From contig CAKQPF010000001.1 of NCBI GenBank assembly GCA_934256705.1, positions 40,850-104,849 of the forward strand: a DNA stretch of 64,000 nucleotides. The letters are read 5' to 3'. Numbering within the stretch: position 1 is the stretch's first letter; each line of letters starts with the position of its first letter. Shown in pieces: positions 51,801 through 59,281 of this stretch. Source of the DNA: an uncultured Prevotella sp. (GTDB taxonomy: Bacteria; Bacteroidota; Bacteroidia; Bacteroidales; Bacteroidaceae). The notes beneath the pieces were generated by a model that was given only the letters and a program-made list of their open reading frames with translations, did not search any database and was not told where the DNA came from. The position numbers and the translations under genes were made by a program.

Positions 51801-53095
51801 CCGCCATGAGCCGCAAGGAACTCTGTGACCTTGTGCGCCAACGCGGACTGGAACACCTCATCGACCTCGAAGAGGCTGGCAAGACGGACATCATCAATTT
51901 CCTTAAGGCGCACGAGACTGCTGCCGCTCCCCAGCCTGTCACTACAGCCGCTCCGGAGCCTCGACAGCAGACCAGAAGTACCGCTCCCACACGCAATGAA
52001 CGTGAAAAGACCGACGGCAGACTCTACACCCAGTGCTCTGTACGCATGGCAGCTGGCGTGTTCTTCGATGCCATCATCGACTCCAAGAAGTTCCGTGACT
52101 GCATCAGGAGTTTCCACGCTTCAAGGACTACCGACATCAAGGTGGAGGACATCGACAGCATCGAGGTGGACAAACTCAGAGCTCCTTATTATCTGAACAA
52201 CATCTTCGACCAGCTGCACGGCGACCAGGACTTCAAGAAGTTCTACGAATACCTCAAGATCGACGTGCCGTTCGTGTTCTCTCTCCCTGCCTACATCGTG
52301 GGCGCGCTCATGGCTTACTCGGGCATGCTCGTCAGAAACGCCATCATCACGCAGAGGATGGACAAGGTGGAAGAGGTGCATTTCCGCTACTTCGGCAAGG
52401 GTGGCCGTCTCTTCGAGTGGCTCTTCTTCACATTCGAGAAGGAGAAAGTGGAGGCTTATCTCGATGCTTGCTTCGAGGTGGGCATAAAGAATTCCGCCAT
52501 CAACGAGGCGCTCCACCGCAGTGATGACTTCGCCATCAGGTGCATATATGACAACTGCAACGAGTATAACTACGGCTGCAACGAAAACTCCGAGAACAAA
52601 TCCGAGGTGGCACGCGGTCTCGTATCACGTCATGAGATCACCGGCATCCAGCCTAACCGCAAGAATATCTACGGCAAGCGAAGCGACAAGGCGAAGAATG
52701 AATATGACGCACGCAAACAGGAGGTTATCGGTGAGGTGGGCATCAAGCTCAATGGCGTGGAGCAGGATGAGCTTTCTCTCGTCAATGACAACTTCTATGA
52801 GAGCAAGGAAGCTATATCCTTGCCGCGCACATTCCATAATTTCTCCGAATTCATGGAGATATTCCTGCAGTTTATAGGCAAAGAGGCTGCTCTCATTCAA
52901 ACAAAAGAACTTGAAGAGAAGATTGACAACGTGGAGAATGTGTGGAGTTTCATCATTAACGACCCTGAATACAAGAAGTACCTCGCAAACATCATCAAAA
53001 ACAATGATGACTCTTACCGTATGCCTGTATTCATCGCCACTGCCCTCTATTACCTCGAAGAGGTGCTGCTGAAGGAAGTCTTTGCTACCAATTGA
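48884..53095 (+). CDS. 1403-aa protein with Hsp70/actin-fold (ASKHA) ATPase core and three inserted HeH/Rho-N-like repeats (cassette gene 4)
   Basis: Phosphate-1-like TVGFDFGSTNSCAYY (compare DnaK IGIDLGTTNSCVAV) at aa ~605. Phosphate-2-like VGIDIGGSTSDILVLG at aa ~830. A PQPQPKPQPQ linker is followed by 3 x ~38-aa repeats (ELADLAFKRGLATERELDDM / ELCKEVRRLGLEHLIDLEE / ELCDLVRQRGLEHLIDLEE). An adenosine-motif-like FGKGGRLFEW comes later. The N-terminal ~590 aa are unassigned. Confidence 0.55.
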   Translation: MAITSNLLPKCLKGHDTQMAKPNTWQKMEQARQFIDSIDTTGGEMDETAKFNLLVSSVPSPWARVHLTQHAIMPGNEAGDTRTLTQFYAFMRSEWRGLIAAYVLYPEDFELTDPIDLVPKDMASRSGQFDILSTYSEMLFENAPLWKHQKGDKEKPRMQLLYYHNGDNRFVIGGTSPFSILFAGMNYSIPDDDQRIYWVNGGKLQDPASREYETYYKKDGAKYNDKHFNNLKKLYSFLNGIQKNSAEYVNTLKSIWDTDHKLIDQPSTTDARYHIIGMVLNGAVASWMDDIKSILGNAIAEKAKNIPVNHKRPEGPLGQLLDIKAKYYWRNGIFYTKPIETANVVAEVKDVVVENVESLFIDSDYLAGWRDCAVPSTDNMGRATARMENDYRMSPVHFLTAIDEQDGKTWFFAVPFSEFALMDVFKQEFESIIKGLNKNVIVKAEINGKRVDVYLKARIDGEGEWINIRNRSFNIEVPNSTRKVFAWPNFCSSKWQKYYYYSEFPTNATTDVQMVPVFDEIADIEDSNMLSKVSKEAFLKMVKYPATATSDTHAYEIIRTNKPLRRIKIRKCIGNSVSELGWLVLRRVQYNNPDEPRGIQVIRDTDKFSGTTVGFDFGSTNSCAYYSGQDANDIRPVPFSNRRLAIIGFDNKPVFTAEPNELLFISNEEPRNKNGQIKSWLHEHDQMFIDPNMMGEELIGGVPVNETNITVKSMTPYEITTNAGKLHYNMKWLVDSDGSRRKAAFVKMVWIQICADLFAEGLYPKTLNWSYPSAMGANDMSALQSIYAGIPSPCPEYKLDDREKFSFTEAEAVCSYFLDKRIALADYNLFVGIDIGGSTSDILVLGKDTQDYCNGQPETAKPTEPQPQPKPQPQAAPAINYDDYGRNELADLAFKRGLATERELDDMGRKDIVELLKANDSGQPNYDDMSRSELCKEVRRLGLEHLIDLEEVSRSEIVEFLKKHSGTQSIDYTAMSRKELCDLVRQRGLEHLIDLEEAGKTDIINFLKAHETAAAPQPVTTAAPEPRQQTRSTAPTRNEREKTDGRLYTQCSVRMAAGVFFDAIIDSKKFRDCIRSFHASRTTDIKVEDIDSIEVDKLRAPYYLNNIFDQLHGDQDFKKFYEYLKIDVPFVFSLPAYIVGALMAYSGMLVRNAIITQRMDKVEEVHFRYFGKGGRLFEWLFFTFEKEKVEAYLDACFEVGIKNSAINEALHRSDDFAIRCIYDNCNEYNYGCNENSENKSEVARGLVSRHEITGIQPNRKNIYGKRSDKAKNEYDARKQEVIGEVGIKLNGVEQDELSLVNDNFYESKEAISLPRTFHNFSEFMEIFLQFIGKEAALIQTKELEEKIDNVENVWSFIINDPEYKKYLANIIKNNDDSYRMPVFIATALYYLEEVLLKEVFATN

Positions 53096-53194
53096 TTACA
53101 ATAATGGGGGAGGAGAAGTGCTATCTTCTCCCCCACTCTGTTCGTTTTTCCTTCTCATCAAATGGAAGAGGATGGATGACTAATAAATACATCT

Positions 53195-55237
53195 ATGGCT
53201 AAATACCTGCAATTATATCTCGACAACGACTACATAATACCCATTGGAATGGGCGACTCAGGCAACGTCAACAAATACGTTGACCAGCAGGCGTCAAGGC
53301 GTATGTGGCTCTTCTTCTCGAATGCCACCAGCAATGGCGCATACAATTCCAGCGAGACCAACAAGGCAAATGCCGAAGCCGGAAAGGAAGGCTTCTTCGG
53401 GAATTTCTGGAACCACATTGCCAAAGCCGACAAAGTGCCGGGCGAACCCTACCTTTTCATCGAGCTGCTCGACCTCTCCGGCATCATCTCCACGCTGAGG
53501 GAATGGGCAAACATGACACTTTTCACGGAGTCACCTGAGGTGGTGCTCCATTTCTCGTCCGTCATACCTCTCAAGGCAAGGCGCGCTTTCGCCGATTACA
53601 TCGAGAAGAAACTGGGCAAGATACGCAGTTACAGCAAGGAAATCAATGACTTGCTCGCAGAGAAGGTGAAATGGGACAACAGTTCCATGACCGCTGCCTT
53701 CGGTGACCAGATGCTCGTCATACAGTCTTCCGGCAATGACATCCTCCTTTCCGTGCAGACATGGTGCGGAGAGCAGTTCATGCAGGGCGACGAAGCCGTC
53801 CGGCTGAAGAAGAAAGGCAGTGAGTTCCTCAAGATGGAGCTCGCCAAGATGGTTGTCGATTTCTATGAGAAAAGCAACAACATGCTCCTGCAGCCGCAGA
53901 AAGAGCAGGAGTATGTCTATCAGATGCAGTTCACTGAGACATGGCTGAAAGGACGGAAAGGCGACAGTGATTTCTGGGTCGATAACTTCCATTACTCGCA
54001 GAATCCGGGCAAGATATACCCGCCTGTACTCATTGACGGCAAGCAGCTCAACCTCATCGAGAAGGAAGCCATACGCAATACCATCAATGCCATATCCAGA
54101 TACAGCAGCGAGAACATACGAAACAACCTCCTGCATACCATCCTTATGGGCGACGTCTTCAGGGAAGAGATCTTCCTGAGAGACTGTGTCAGCGTCACCT
54201 CAAGCGACGGCAAATACACTTTCTTTGACGACAACGCCATTCAGGAGGCTCTCGGACGCTACAATGTAAAATACTCCACGCTGGTGGAGGATCTCCGTGA
54301 CCTGGAGCGCACATACGCCGACAAGGCTAACGAGAGGGCAAGGATAGGCACATACGTGCATAATGCCGAAGAGCTCGGAATGCTGAAGTCTCTCTCCGAA
54401 GAGGCTGAGACGAAGATAAAGAAAGCTTACGACCGTGTCAACGATGCCAACAAGGACCTCAGGGAGTCATGGGATTCCTTGATGCGCCACAGCGACTTCG
54501 AGAAGGCGAAGGACACTATTGCAAAGATGTCCACAAGCGACGAACTGACCATTGCCAAGGCGGAAGCCATGGAGTGCCTGAAATCCATCGAGCAGAAGAA
54601 CTCACTGCTCATCGACCTTCACCAGCTGCTGGAGGTGCGAGACATCGTGGAGAGCATCAGAGGCAGGGAAACGGCCATCAGAACGTATGTCAAGCAGGTG
54701 GACGACCTTCGCGAACTGCCCGACAAGCTCCGTGACCTCGTGAGGAAATATGAGGACATCTACCCCAAGTATCTGGAAGTCAAGTCACAGTTTGACCATG
54801 AGGCGACCCTCGTGGGCAGGCGCAGACTGATAGAAGAGATGAAGCCGCTGACTATGGAACCGATGCCTGTGGTGGATGTAGAGACCATCAAGGGCACCAT
54901 CAGCGTCAAGAGCGAGTCGTCAGGCGGCTTCCTCGGCATAGGAGCGAAGAAGTGCATCACCATCCGTCTCCACATAGACAAGCCGCTCCCGTGCCGTGGT
55001 GTCCTCGTCATTGCTCCGGATGTCATCATCAATATCCCGGACGGAAGATGCGGTATCCACTGCATCGACGTGGAAAAAGGCGAGGAAGGCGATGTCATAG
55101 AGATGAGGACCGACCTCCAGTCGCTCGGTCTGAACAAGTCTGCCAAGTCCCTCTTCATCAAGTTCTGGCCCCACGAAGATGAGAAAGTGCCTATCAACCG
55201 CTTTGAGATCCGCGGCACAGGCACGGTGAAAGTGTGA
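53195..55237 (+). CDS. 680-aa hypothetical protein with central coiled-coil and C-terminal beta-rich domain (cassette gene 5)
   Basis: Heptad-rich helical stretch at aa ~340-540. No recognisable catalytic motif. N-terminal IIPIGMGDSGNV is of unclear significance. Confidence 0.45.
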   Translation: MAKYLQLYLDNDYIIPIGMGDSGNVNKYVDQQASRRMWLFFSNATSNGAYNSSETNKANAEAGKEGFFGNFWNHIAKADKVPGEPYLFIELLDLSGIISTLREWANMTLFTESPEVVLHFSSVIPLKARRAFADYIEKKLGKIRSYSKEINDLLAEKVKWDNSSMTAAFGDQMLVIQSSGNDILLSVQTWCGEQFMQGDEAVRLKKKGSEFLKMELAKMVVDFYEKSNNMLLQPQKEQEYVYQMQFTETWLKGRKGDSDFWVDNFHYSQNPGKIYPPVLIDGKQLNLIEKEAIRNTINAISRYSSENIRNNLLHTILMGDVFREEIFLRDCVSVTSSDGKYTFFDDNAIQEALGRYNVKYSTLVEDLRDLERTYADKANERARIGTYVHNAEELGMLKSLSEEAETKIKKAYDRVNDANKDLRESWDSLMRHSDFEKAKDTIAKMSTSDELTIAKAEAMECLKSIEQKNSLLIDLHQLLEVRDIVESIRGRETAIRTYVKQVDDLRELPDKLRDLVRKYEDIYPKYLEVKSQFDHEATLVGRRRLIEEMKPLTMEPMPVVDVETIKGTISVKSESSGGFLGIGAKKCITIRLHIDKPLPCRGVLVIAPDVIINIPDGRCGIHCIDVEKGEEGDVIEMRTDLQSLGLNKSAKSLFIKFWPHEDEKVPINRFEIRGTGTVKV

Positions 55238-55312
55238 TGGAGAGCCACTGTGTCAGCCGCGTTACCGGCTGATATACCAAATCATTAACAAAAGAAAAAA
55301 AGATAAATAGCC

Positions 55313-56536
55313 ATGGCAAAGACAATATTATGCCCATACTGCTTCGAGTCGTTCAAGAACACCGAGGTTATGGTGCAATGCGAAAACTACACCACACGCA
55401 CCATCGACGGAATGCCGAAGGACGTATGTCAGAGAGAAGAAAACAAGCGTTTCAACAACCATTGGGACAGCATGGTAATGTCAAAGCACGTCTTCTATCC
55501 GCATATCGGACTGAAAGACAAGCTCATGGGCTATAAGCCAAGGGCGTGCGAATGCGACCAGTGCGGCGCTCCATCCACCAGATTCGTATGTCCTCACTGC
55601 AACAACTGGCTGCCTACCGAGATGATCGAGAAAGGCTCTGAAATCATTTCCGTCATAGGCGGTCCGGCAAGCGGCAAGTCAAACTATATCGTAGCCCTCA
55701 TCCAGCAGCTACAGAAGTACGGCTACAAGCTACAGCTCGGACAGATCCTACCGCAGCTCGTGGGCAGGACTAAGGCGGAATATACCCGCAATCTCTATGA
55801 GAAAGCCAAGGACTCCATCTTCAAGGACCATCAGCCAGTGGCTAAGACTGCCGTCACATCCCACCCTATCCCATGGATCTTCCGACTCGAAAGCCACGCC
55901 ACGAAGAAGGCTGTCTATCTCGTCTTCTACGATACAGCAGGCGAGAGTTTCAAGGATCCGGAGGAAATAAAGAAGAATGCCAAATACCTGGAGAAGTCAA
56001 AGGCGGTCATAGTGCTCCTCGACACCCTCTCTCTGCCTTATATCCAGAAGATTCTCGCTGCCAAGAAGATTGTCAATCCCGACAAGGCTACACCGTTCGG
56101 CGAGACCATGGATGCGCTCAAGAACTTCGCCACCGAGAATCCTCAGCTACTCAAGACACCGTTCGCGTTCGTCATGAGCAAGTTCGACTCCGTCATACAG
56201 AACCAGGAAGACCTCGACTTCGACATCGAACCGTTCAAGCACAACAGTTCGTTCATACAGACCGGCACTCTCTCCCTCAGCGAGGTGGACGAGGCAAGCA
56301 AGACCATACAGAACTATATGGAGAACCACTGGGACGAAGGTGCCCTCGGATATGACATCACCCAGAAATGGGGCGACAACGCAAGATTCTTCGGTGTCTC
56401 AGCTCTCGGTGCAATGACTAACGACAAGATGAAGATCGGAATCCCTGACGATGAGCAGGTAAAGCCGTTCAGAGTAATGGACCCACTCATCTGGCTGCTC
56501 CATAAAGTCGGTGGATTCGGCATACCTGTCCAGTAA
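55313..56536 (+). CDS. Zinc-ribbon + Ras-like small GTPase (cassette gene 6)
   Basis: N-terminal CPYC...C...C...CECDQC...CPHC (two CxxC pairs plus extras). G1 VIGGPASGKS, G3 FYDTAGESF (DTAGE as in Ras DTAGQE), G4-like VMSKFD. Confidence 0.6.
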   Translation: MAKTILCPYCFESFKNTEVMVQCENYTTRTIDGMPKDVCQREENKRFNNHWDSMVMSKHVFYPHIGLKDKLMGYKPRACECDQCGAPSTRFVCPHCNNWLPTEMIEKGSEIISVIGGPASGKSNYIVALIQQLQKYGYKLQLGQILPQLVGRTKAEYTRNLYEKAKDSIFKDHQPVAKTAVTSHPIPWIFRLESHATKKAVYLVFYDTAGESFKDPEEIKKNAKYLEKSKAVIVLLDTLSLPYIQKILAAKKIVNPDKATPFGETMDALKNFATENPQLLKTPFAFVMSKFDSVIQNQEDLDFDIEPFKHNSSFIQTGTLSLSEVDEASKTIQNYMENHWDEGALGYDITQKWGDNARFFGVSALGAMTNDKMKIGIPDDEQVKPFRVMDPLIWLLHKVGGFGIPVQ

Positions 56537-56589
56537 TGCTCCTTCATCCTAAATAGAGTTTCTTCACCTGATAACCAAACACTTTCCCT

Positions 56590-59061
56590 ATGAAATACTA
56601 TCACGTTATATACAATTCCTCCGAATGCTCAATGCTCGGGGGCACTGGTTTCGGACTGAGAACTGCCACTGAAGGCACGCCTGACTCACTCCTCAAGGCC
56701 ATCGACGCGCTCAATTTCTTTCCTGCCGACGACTGGGAGACATATCAGAACACGCCTACACCGGAGCAGATAATGCAGAATCCGGAGTGCATGGAGAATA
56801 TCCCGATGGACTATGCCGTCACCGCAATCTCTGACGACCAGGGAAACAGATACCATCTCATAGCGAGAAGGGCTTACGTCGGCTTCGACTATTCATTCTA
56901 CAAGACCGGCTCCGCAACGCGTCCGGGAAATTTCGTCATAGACTATTACATCTTCGAACAGGCTCCCGACAGCTCCGCTTACCAGATTCTCTATGAGAAA
57001 GCGCTTCCGGAGTCCAACCATTTCATTCCGGCTTCCGTCAGACCTACTGCCGACAATGAGGAAATGCGCACCATCTCCATCGGCAAGCAGCCGCTGCTGC
57101 CAGTGGAGGACAAGCCTTTCACTGCCGACGTAGAGAACGCCCTCGACAAGGATGTGGTCAAACTCTTCTTCCATTTCCTCGCCGCAAGGCAGGCAGGAAA
57201 GAAGCTATATGTCAAGGCTGACAGACAGCGCGCGCTCAAGATCACAGCAGACTTCTACCGTATGCTCGACGTAAAGTCTGCCACGGAAATACATACTCGC
57301 GTCAACCACCGTGCGGAGGGTCCTAACGAGAACTTCGACATCTACTTCATCCTCGACTCTTATCCGCATCAGGTCTATTCGGGAGGCTTCTACAGCTATA
57401 TCGAGCTCGACTCCGCCACCATGCCCGACACCGACGAGGCAAAGACCTTCAGCCACGAACTGGAGGACTTCGTCTCCGCTTCGTTCTCGGAAAACAAGAG
57501 CGACATCGATGACATCCTACGCTGGCTACTCATGCCGGAATATTCTTCGGTGAAGAAACTCTCCAAGACCACCAACGACGCATTCTTCCTCTACTGCATA
57601 CAGCCGGGAAATTTCTCCTACAGCAATTTCAGAGACAGCCAGGGACGGCTCAATGAAGAGTTCCTCAATGTCCTCATGCCTTACACCAAGAAGGAGAAAA
57701 CCAACGCCAGACTGTTCGACTCTCTCGTCACCGAGACCATCAACGATGCCACATACCAGGACATCATCCTGCTCATCAAGGAGTTCCATAAGTTTGAAGC
57801 CCTCGGCTTTGACATGAAGGAAAACAATGAGGCGGTCAGACAGCACGTCAGCGAGTGCATCCTCACAAGCCCCGACGTGCTCAGAGCCGTGCTCGACAAG
57901 ATAGGATATGACAGCGTGGTGCAGTTCTTCGACAAGGACGTTTTCGAGCGAAACGGCGACTTCACGCTCGCCAAAGTGCTCGATGCGGATATGCTGAAGC
58001 TCTACCGCCACTTCCTCTCCGATGCCGAACTGCGCGACAGGGAGACCATGCTCTACGACCGTTTCCTCGCATGCGGCATGGAGAGCAAGTATCTCATCCC
58101 TATCATCGACGACATCTACGGCGGGGAAAACGACGGCAAACTTCTCTTCTTCATCCATGTGCTCAAGGATGAACAGAAGCCGTTCGGCACCGTATGGCCT
58201 TACATGGAGCATTATCTCCAATCCACACCTTGCCCGGATTTCCTCAAGCTCTTCCAGCATAAGCTCACCGACGGACAGTACGCACCGATGTTCTATTTCT
58301 CCATCAAGGCGCACAAAGCCGACTTCTCGTCCATCGAAAGCATACAGGCACTCACCGATATTCTCCACGGCAACGAGAAACTCAAGGCGCTCATACAGGC
58401 AGGCTACCATCAGGACGGCATATATTCCGACTTCAAGGGCAATGTAAAGACGCTCTATATGCAGCATCATGACAAGGCTCAGGAAGCGCTCACCGCCATA
58501 AATGTCAATATCCTCGGATTCTTCACTGCCGTCAAGGACGACCAGCTCGCAGACCTCGCACTCTACCTCGACATGGTGGCAAACAATGGTTACCAGAGGC
58601 TCCACGAGAGGAAAGTGCCGGTGGTGTTCTCCCTCGTCAGCCTGCTCAATGACGATGAGACGTTCGGACAGATGATTCCTGCATTCGTCAAGGCTTACCA
58701 GAAGGGCGACATCCCTGCCGAAGAGCTTGCCAGACTATATGACAAGTTCAACCACGGCGTAAGCACCGGCGACATGATCGACGACCTCGACGCGAAGCAT
58801 TCCGTACCTATGCTCGGCATCATCATCTGCAAGATGAAGAAAATGCCGTTCGAACAGGCCTATGCCCTCGCCAAAGACCTCGGCATAGACAAGGACACGA
58901 GAGCCAAGGTGATGGAGGAAAACTATCAGAAAGAATACAAGTCATACCTCCGCAGCAAGAAGATAAAAGGATTCTTCAAGTCCATCATACGCATCTTCAT
59001 CCCGGCAGACAAGGACAAGAAGGATGCGAAAGCCAAGGACAATGCCGGAAAAAAGAAGTAG
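56590..59061 (+). CDS. 823-aa alpha-helical hypothetical protein with Lys-rich C-terminal tail (cassette gene 7)
   Basis: No TM segment. N-terminal SMLGGTGFGLRT glycine-rich loop. C-terminal KDKKDAKAKDNAGKKK. Confidence 0.45.
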   Translation: MKYYHVIYNSSECSMLGGTGFGLRTATEGTPDSLLKAIDALNFFPADDWETYQNTPTPEQIMQNPECMENIPMDYAVTAISDDQGNRYHLIARRAYVGFDYSFYKTGSATRPGNFVIDYYIFEQAPDSSAYQILYEKALPESNHFIPASVRPTADNEEMRTISIGKQPLLPVEDKPFTADVENALDKDVVKLFFHFLAARQAGKKLYVKADRQRALKITADFYRMLDVKSATEIHTRVNHRAEGPNENFDIYFILDSYPHQVYSGGFYSYIELDSATMPDTDEAKTFSHELEDFVSASFSENKSDIDDILRWLLMPEYSSVKKLSKTTNDAFFLYCIQPGNFSYSNFRDSQGRLNEEFLNVLMPYTKKEKTNARLFDSLVTETINDATYQDIILLIKEFHKFEALGFDMKENNEAVRQHVSECILTSPDVLRAVLDKIGYDSVVQFFDKDVFERNGDFTLAKVLDADMLKLYRHFLSDAELRDRETMLYDRFLACGMESKYLIPIIDDIYGGENDGKLLFFIHVLKDEQKPFGTVWPYMEHYLQSTPCPDFLKLFQHKLTDGQYAPMFYFSIKAHKADFSSIESIQALTDILHGNEKLKALIQAGYHQDGIYSDFKGNVKTLYMQHHDKAQEALTAINVNILGFFTAVKDDQLADLALYLDMVANNGYQRLHERKVPVVFSLVSLLNDDETFGQMIPAFVKAYQKGDIPAEELARLYDKFNHGVSTGDMIDDLDAKHSVPMLGIIICKMKKMPFEQAYALAKDLGIDKDTRAKVMEENYQKEYKSYLRSKKIKGFFKSIIRIFIPADKDKKDAKAKDNAGKKK

Positions 59062-59238
59062 AACATATTAAAGGGTGGTTCTAAAAATTAGCTTTGTTAT
59101 ATTTCGAGGCTATTTTCGAGATCAAAGTGCAAGTGAGCGAAGGAGTTATGCGGTGCATAACGACTGAACGAACTTACGCTTTGAGCCGAAAAGAGACCGA
59201 AAGATAACAAAACGTCATCCTTACAATTAAGTTTTATA

Positions 59239-59270
59239 TTAACGGTGGTAATTTATAGAACCACCCTAAA
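59239..59270 (+). promoter_or_regulatory. Second copy of the GGTGG-N12-CCACC promoter/operator-like element
   Basis: ttaacggtggtaatttatagaaccaccctaaa, 11 nt upstream of the ATG at 59282. Confidence 0.55.
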
Positions 59271-59281
59271 TACAAGCACTT

